A stretch of 48,816 nt of DNA, from IMG/VR virus record IMGVR_UViG_3300027917_000023; one strand, written 5' to 3'. Positions 45,615 through 48,816 of the stretch are shown here, piece by piece. Origin of the DNA: a virus. The notes below the pieces were generated by a model that saw only the letters and a list, made by a program, of their open reading frames with translations, searched no databases and was not told where the DNA came from. Position 1 is the first letter of the stretch. Every line of letters begins with the position of its first letter. The translations under genes and the position numbers were made by a program.

Positions 45615-45926
45615 ATGAACGAATGTGAAATGATAGCAAAAGAGCTACGAATCCATGGCGTCAAAGCGTTCTATAACGACGAACATATGTTTGGGATAAT
45701 CAAACCGCACACGCCAATGTATAGCAGTAGCAAATACGGAGATAGTGGCTTCGGGAGGTTGGTCACATTCACGGTTAAGGATGGGATAATAATCTGCTCA
45801 GATAAAGACCGGATTTATAATTTACACGAACCAAGATCATTGGGTCAGCTCATAAAGTCAATCAAGTTGTGTGAACAAAGGACAAGTTGCCATCAAAAAT
45901 GCGAGTTTAAAAGCCGAAATATGTGA
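45615..45926 (+). CDS. Small paralog-family protein (103 aa; ...IYNLHEPRSLGQLIKSIKLCEQ...)
   Basis: ATG directly abuts the CCA of tRNA-Ile (0-nt spacer, no SD). Confidence 0.55.
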   Translation: MNECEMIAKELRIHGVKAFYNDEHMFGIIKPHTPMYSSSKYGDSGFGRLVTFTVKDGIIICSDKDRIYNLHEPRSLGQLIKSIKLCEQRTSCHQKCEFKSRNM

Positions 45927-46200
45927 AATCTTGGAGAAGTCGCTTATATACCACGGCTTTGTCGTCGTATGGAGTGACAACAGCCTCGGGCCCTATATAA
46001 TTTATAAGCAACAATCATCCCTTATTGGTGGGAAAATAGTTGATTCTTTCCCGCATGGCACGGTGCACATAATTATTGATAATTTAGTGTTAAATAGATT
46101 CCCATCCAACCACACAGTGCCAGCAAAAATACCACTTGCCGATCCGGATTGCTTCAATAAAGCAGTTGAATTTATAGTATTTGACAGGTTGCGATTGTAG
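45871..46200 (+). CDS. Small paralog-family protein (109 aa; ...PLADPDCFNKAVEFIVFDRLRL)
   Basis: ORF. Its last codons and stop (ttg cga ttg tag) form the 5' acceptor of tRNA-Gly(CCC). Confidence 0.5.
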   Translation: MNKGQVAIKNASLKAEICEILEKSLIYHGFVVVWSDNSLGPYIIYKQQSSLIGGKIVDSFPHGTVHIIIDNLVLNRFPSNHTVPAKIPLADPDCFNKAVEFIVFDRLRL

Positions 46201-46261
46201 TTCAATGGTAGAACATGAGCTTCCCACGCTCAAGACGGCGGTTCGATTCCGCTCAGTCGCT
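46191..46261 (+). tRNA. tRNA-Gly (anticodon CCC)
   Basis: Acceptor gcgattg/cagtcgc. D arm gttc-aatggta-gaac. Anticodon arm tgagc-ttcccac-gctca. T arm ggcgg-ttcgatt-ccgct. No encoded CCA. Confidence 0.75.
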
Positions 46262-46264
46262 TCA

Positions 46265-46339
46265 GGTGGCTGTAGCTCAGTGGTAGAGCGTCGGGTTGTG
46301 GCCCCGAAGACGGCGGTTCGATTCCGCTCAGTCGCCCCA
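46265..46339 (+). tRNA. tRNA-His (anticodon GTG) with encoded G-1 and C73
   Basis: g-gtggctg/cagtcgc. D arm gctc-agtggta-gagc. Anticodon arm tcggg-ttgtggc-cccga. 3' half (agacggcggttcgattccgctcagtcgc) identical to tRNA-Gly(CCC). 3' CCCA. Confidence 0.85.
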
Positions 46340-46366
46340 GATGATTAGTGAAAACTTTCTATTTGA

Positions 46367-46453
46367 TTGCAGAGAAGACGCACAAAGCTGAATCTTTATG
46401 ACCCAGAATCATTACCACACTTATTGAGAGCAATTAAGAATGGCAATCGATGA
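46367..46453 (+). pseudogene. Remnant of a paralog-family gene: C-terminal 28 codons only (...KLNLYDPESLPHLLRAIKNGNR*)
   Basis: The family C-terminal motif reads in frame after a stop codon with no start. It overlaps the start of the intact copy at 46440. Confidence 0.3.
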
Positions 46454-46826
46454 TGGTTATATAATTTATGGCAACAAAACCATTATATGCAACAGTACTA
46501 AAACACCGAATTATACGGTTTCCCAGTTATACAAATGGTTGTCACACACGTGGAATGATGACAACGCATTAAGCAGGCAAGAAGTAGCTAGTTTGATAAC
46601 CGCATGGTTGTCAGAGAAAGGCTATAATGTTAGAGTTGACAGCCAATGTGGCTGGTCGTTAAACATTGTCAATGGAAACAACAAAGCGAATTTGTATGTC
46701 GAGTCAAACGCTGTGACGATAGAAGTCGATACATATAATAAGATCAAAAGCTATAATCTATATAATCCAGATAGCCTGCAGAAAATATTAGAGCATATAA
46801 GTGTTCTCGGAAGCGGCATGAAGTAG
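46440..46826 (+). CDS. Small paralog-family protein (128 aa; ...SYNLYNPDSLQKILEHISVLGSGMK)
   Basis: ORF with family motifs, including internal 'WLSEKGYNV'. Confidence 0.55.
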   Translation: MAIDDGYIIYGNKTIICNSTKTPNYTVSQLYKWLSHTWNDDNALSRQEVASLITAWLSEKGYNVRVDSQCGWSLNIVNGNNKANLYVESNAVTIEVDTYNKIKSYNLYNPDSLQKILEHISVLGSGMK

Positions 46827-46844
46827 TGGTTGAGGACGGCTCCA

Positions 46845-46919
46845 CGGGCCTTAGTGAAGTTTGGTTATCACGCCACATTTGGGATGTGGAGAGCGCGGGT
46901 TCGACTCCCGCAGGCCCGA
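46845..46919 (+). tRNA. tRNA-Pro (anticodon TGG) with C1:G72 and A73
   Basis: Acceptor cgggcct/aggcccg. D arm gtga-agtttggtta-tcac. Anticodon arm ccaca-tttggga-tgtgg. T arm gcggg-ttcgact-cccgc. No encoded CCA. Confidence 0.8.
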
Positions 46920-46925
46920 TCAATC

Positions 46926-46999
46926 CGCGCCGTGGCCTAATTTGCTAAGGCACCCGGTTCGGGTCCGGGGGATTGCTGGTTGGAATCCAGTCGGCGCGA
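46926..46999 (+). tRNA. tRNA-Pro (anticodon CGG) with C1:G72 and A73
   Basis: Acceptor cgcgccg/cggcgcg. D arm gcct-aatttgcta-aggc. Anticodon arm cccgg-ttcgggt-ccggg. T arm gctgg-ttggaat-ccagt. No encoded CCA. Confidence 0.8.
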
Positions 47000-47076
47000 T
47001 TAGTAGGAGAGACGGCAATGAAACCGCTCAGAAATGTCCAACAGCCCTGAATAATTGCCACAATGACAACCTAATC

Positions 47077-47152
47077 GCCCCCGTAACTCAATGCACAGAG
47101 TAACCGGCTTCTATCCGGTAAGTTGCAGGTTGAAATCCTGCCGGGGGTACCA
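47077..47152 (+). tRNA. tRNA-Arg (anticodon TCT)
   Basis: Acceptor gcccccg/cgggggt. D arm actc-aatgcaca-gagt. Anticodon arm accgg-cttctat-ccggt. T arm gcagg-ttgaaat-cctgc. 3' ACCA. Confidence 0.8.
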
Positions 47153-47190
47153 GAAATGACGGTCGAATATTGCATTTGAATGTGCGGTCA

Positions 47191-47571
47191 ATGGTTTGGA
47201 ATAATGGGAAATTCTTGACTTCTTCACCTACGAAGTATGCTTCCCTTGGCTTTAAATTTACATTGGCAGAAGAACACAAGCTAATAACAACTGTGCTGCA
47301 TGAATTGCAAAATCATTTGCGTACATCTTTACCACTCGGCTACCAATTCTGCTACATCGTAAAGCACGCAGATGAGTCCTGGTTTGAAATGTTTTGTGTA
47401 GTAAGAACAGATTACAACCATCACTGGCGAGTGCGTATCACAATCAGCGGCAATATTATCATAGAGATGGATGGCACACGGACGTACAAATCGACCATAG
47501 CCAATCCAAATTGCTTTGAAGAGATAACTGAACTAATCTGCCATAATGAAGCCAAACAGCTTAGAACATAA
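47191..47571 (+). CDS. Small paralog-family protein (126 aa; ...EHKLITTVLHELQNHLRTSLPLGY... / ...STIANPNCFEEITELICHNE)
   Basis: First ATG in frame. The ORF-track TTG start 47170 is less likely. Family motifs present. Confidence 0.5.
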   Translation: MVWNNGKFLTSSPTKYASLGFKFTLAEEHKLITTVLHELQNHLRTSLPLGYQFCYIVKHADESWFEMFCVVRTDYNHHWRVRITISGNIIIEMDGTRTYKSTIANPNCFEEITELICHNEAKQLRT

Positions 47572-47794
47572 AATCATGGTCGAAGCAGCGTTGAATATCC
47601 GAGATTTACTCGAAGTATGCTTGCCAGAAAATTTTGAATGCGGCCAAATCCACAGCCGCACGGGTCGCTGCGGATACGTTAAATTCATGGTGATACCAGA
47701 CGTAAATTTCGGCGGTGGATATATGGTTGTAATAAAAGATGGCGTCATAAACGTGTATTTCGGGGAGAGGCATGCATTACCAACAGCAGCATGA
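47546..47794 (+). CDS. Small hypothetical protein (82 aa), possibly a divergent family member
   Basis: ORF overlapping the previous gene by 26 nt. Confidence 0.4.
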   Translation: MKPNSLEHKIMVEAALNIRDLLEVCLPENFECGQIHSRTGRCGYVKFMVIPDVNFGGGYMVVIKDGVINVYFGERHALPTAA

Positions 47795-48071
47795 ACCCGT
47801 AAAAAATCAACATGTGCGCCAACCAACGGAAAAAGGATTCTTTCAAAATTCGGTGTTGCAGCAAGACATCCAACAGGAAGGCGTTTAGAAGCGGGAGTAT
47901 CCTCGGGCTGAAAATTACTTGAATAATGCCCTGGGCGGCGGACACCACTCGTTGAGACGTTTTGATGTTTTTCCCTAAGATACCGATATTCTTTGTGAAC
48001 CAGGTTGAAATCTTGTAGATTAAGCCAAGGAGGAAAACAGTGAGAGCGGTAAAGAAGAGGAAATCGAACAT
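47745..48071 (-). CDS. Hydrophobic small protein (108 aa, putative membrane protein)
   Basis: ORF with several hydrophobic segments. Weak, distant SD. The alternative longer ORF 47533..48138 looks like antisense noise. Confidence 0.3.
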   Translation of the reverse strand: MFDFLFFTALTVFLLGLIYKISTWFTKNIGILGKNIKTSQRVVSAAQGIIQVIFSPRILPLLNAFLLDVLLQHRILKESFFRWLAHMLIFYGFMLLLVMHASPRNTRL

Positions 48072-48205
48072 TATTTGGCGACACCATCCTTAAGTTATTC
48101 AAACACAAGCGCATTGAAATCTTAGGAATGTCAGGCAACCGAGTTAATTTTCACACAGTAACCAATTCGTGGCCAAGGATCAAATTAGAATCTTCAGTGG
48201 CGTCC

Positions 48206-48679
48206 TTATCGATCGGACTGAGATGCCTTATTAGCCCAATCTTTTTCAATTTCTTTTTTCCATTTCGGGCTACGTTTACGTTTTTCCGCTTTTTGGATCA
48301 CTTCCGGAATCATCTGAAGCAACCGTTGCTTATCAACCGGTTTATCTAAAAAAGCGTCCGGGCTGAAATAATCATGGTCCGGCCATTGGCGGTAATTGAT
48401 GTTTAACTCCTCTCCTATGGCGGAAACGCCAATGATAGGAATATCCTTAAGATCATCATTGGATCGTACTTGCTTGCAAACCTCAAAACCAGAGAACAGC
48501 GTCTCCATCATGATATCGAGCATGATCAAGTCGGGACGCTCTTTTCGGATTAATTCCAATCCTTTTTGACCTTCATCGGCCGTCAATACCTCAAAGCCAT
48601 TTCTTTTTAGAAATGTTTCCATCGTAAAAAGGAAATCGGTATTGTCATCGACTATTACGATTTTGAGGCTCTTTTTCAT
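48206..48679 (-). CDS. Response-regulator receiver (CheY-like REC) domain protein
   Basis: 157-aa ORF 'KIVIVDDNTDF...PDLIMLDIMM...IPIIGVSA...' carries the acidic pocket (DD), phospho-acceptor Asp (LIMLD) and the conserved Thr/Ser and Lys positions of REC domains. Lies in GC-richer sequence. Confidence 0.65.
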   Translation of the reverse strand: MKKSLKIVIVDDNTDFLFTMETFLKRNGFEVLTADEGQKGLELIRKERPDLIMLDIMMETLFSGFEVCKQVRSNDDLKDIPIIGVSAIGEELNINYRQWPDHDYFSPDAFLDKPVDKQRLLQMIPEVIQKAEKRKRSPKWKKEIEKDWANKASQSDR

Positions 48680-48816
48680 GATATTCTCCTCTTGGCATCA
48701 TGTTAAAATAGTGATGAGGTCACGGCCTTTGGTCCAGATAGATCCATACCCTAGTTGGACGCTATGATATTATCATTCAGAACATTTCGTCAAGTTAAAA
48801 GATAAATTGAGATTCG

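Noticed and set aside
47533-48138. 201-aa minus-strand ORF spanning 47533..48138
   Set aside because: It is antisense to two plus-strand family genes and translates to low-complexity sequence. Only the shorter hydrophobic ORF 47745..48071 is kept, at low confidence.

Overview
The window reads as part of a large virulent tailed phage with a contractile tail and a T4-type late-transcription system; it is not a bacterial chromosome.

**Left end and replication genes (1-8900, mostly minus strand)**
- A T4 gp55-like late sigma factor, truncated by the window edge and interrupted by an intein.
- An SF2 DEAD-box helicase.
- A class II ribonucleotide reductase of 1110 aa.
- Several small zinc-ribbon and basic ORFs.

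**Tail and baseplate module (8900-34550, minus strand)**
- Baseplate J-like protein, gp25/W-like wedge, central hub/spike of 852 aa, and a LysM-like gpX.
- Tape-measure protein of 1116 aa.
- Two paralogous tail tube proteins and a tail sheath of 959 aa.
- A DnaG/TOPRIM primase-like gene embedded among the tail genes.
- A run of further long ORFs I cannot assign (treated as virion genes only by position).

**Plus-strand accessory island (34550-47800)**
- A single-HKD PLD-family nuclease and duplicated two-TM mini-proteins.
- A dense tRNA array: about 18 tRNAs that fold cleanly by eye, plus many degenerate tRNA-like fragments and half-molecules. Two further tRNA calls (Phe-GAA at 40046..40121 and Gly-GCC at 45392..45463) are lower-confidence because their stems carry mismatches.
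- At least 10 paralogous small proteins (~100-130 aa) interleaved with the tRNAs, sharing N- and C-terminal motifs.
- A PcfJ-like protein and a divergent 547-aa protein.
- Several structured non-coding stretches, including an attenuator-like element just upstream of the array.

**Right end (47800-48816)**
- GC content rises, and a minus-strand CheY-like receiver-domain gene is present.

The most interesting part is the tRNA island: its repeated small-protein family, the permuted or duplicated tRNA half-molecules, a tRNA-like element with a ~75-nt insertion and a G3:U70 pair, and genes whose ATG directly abuts a tRNA CCA end.
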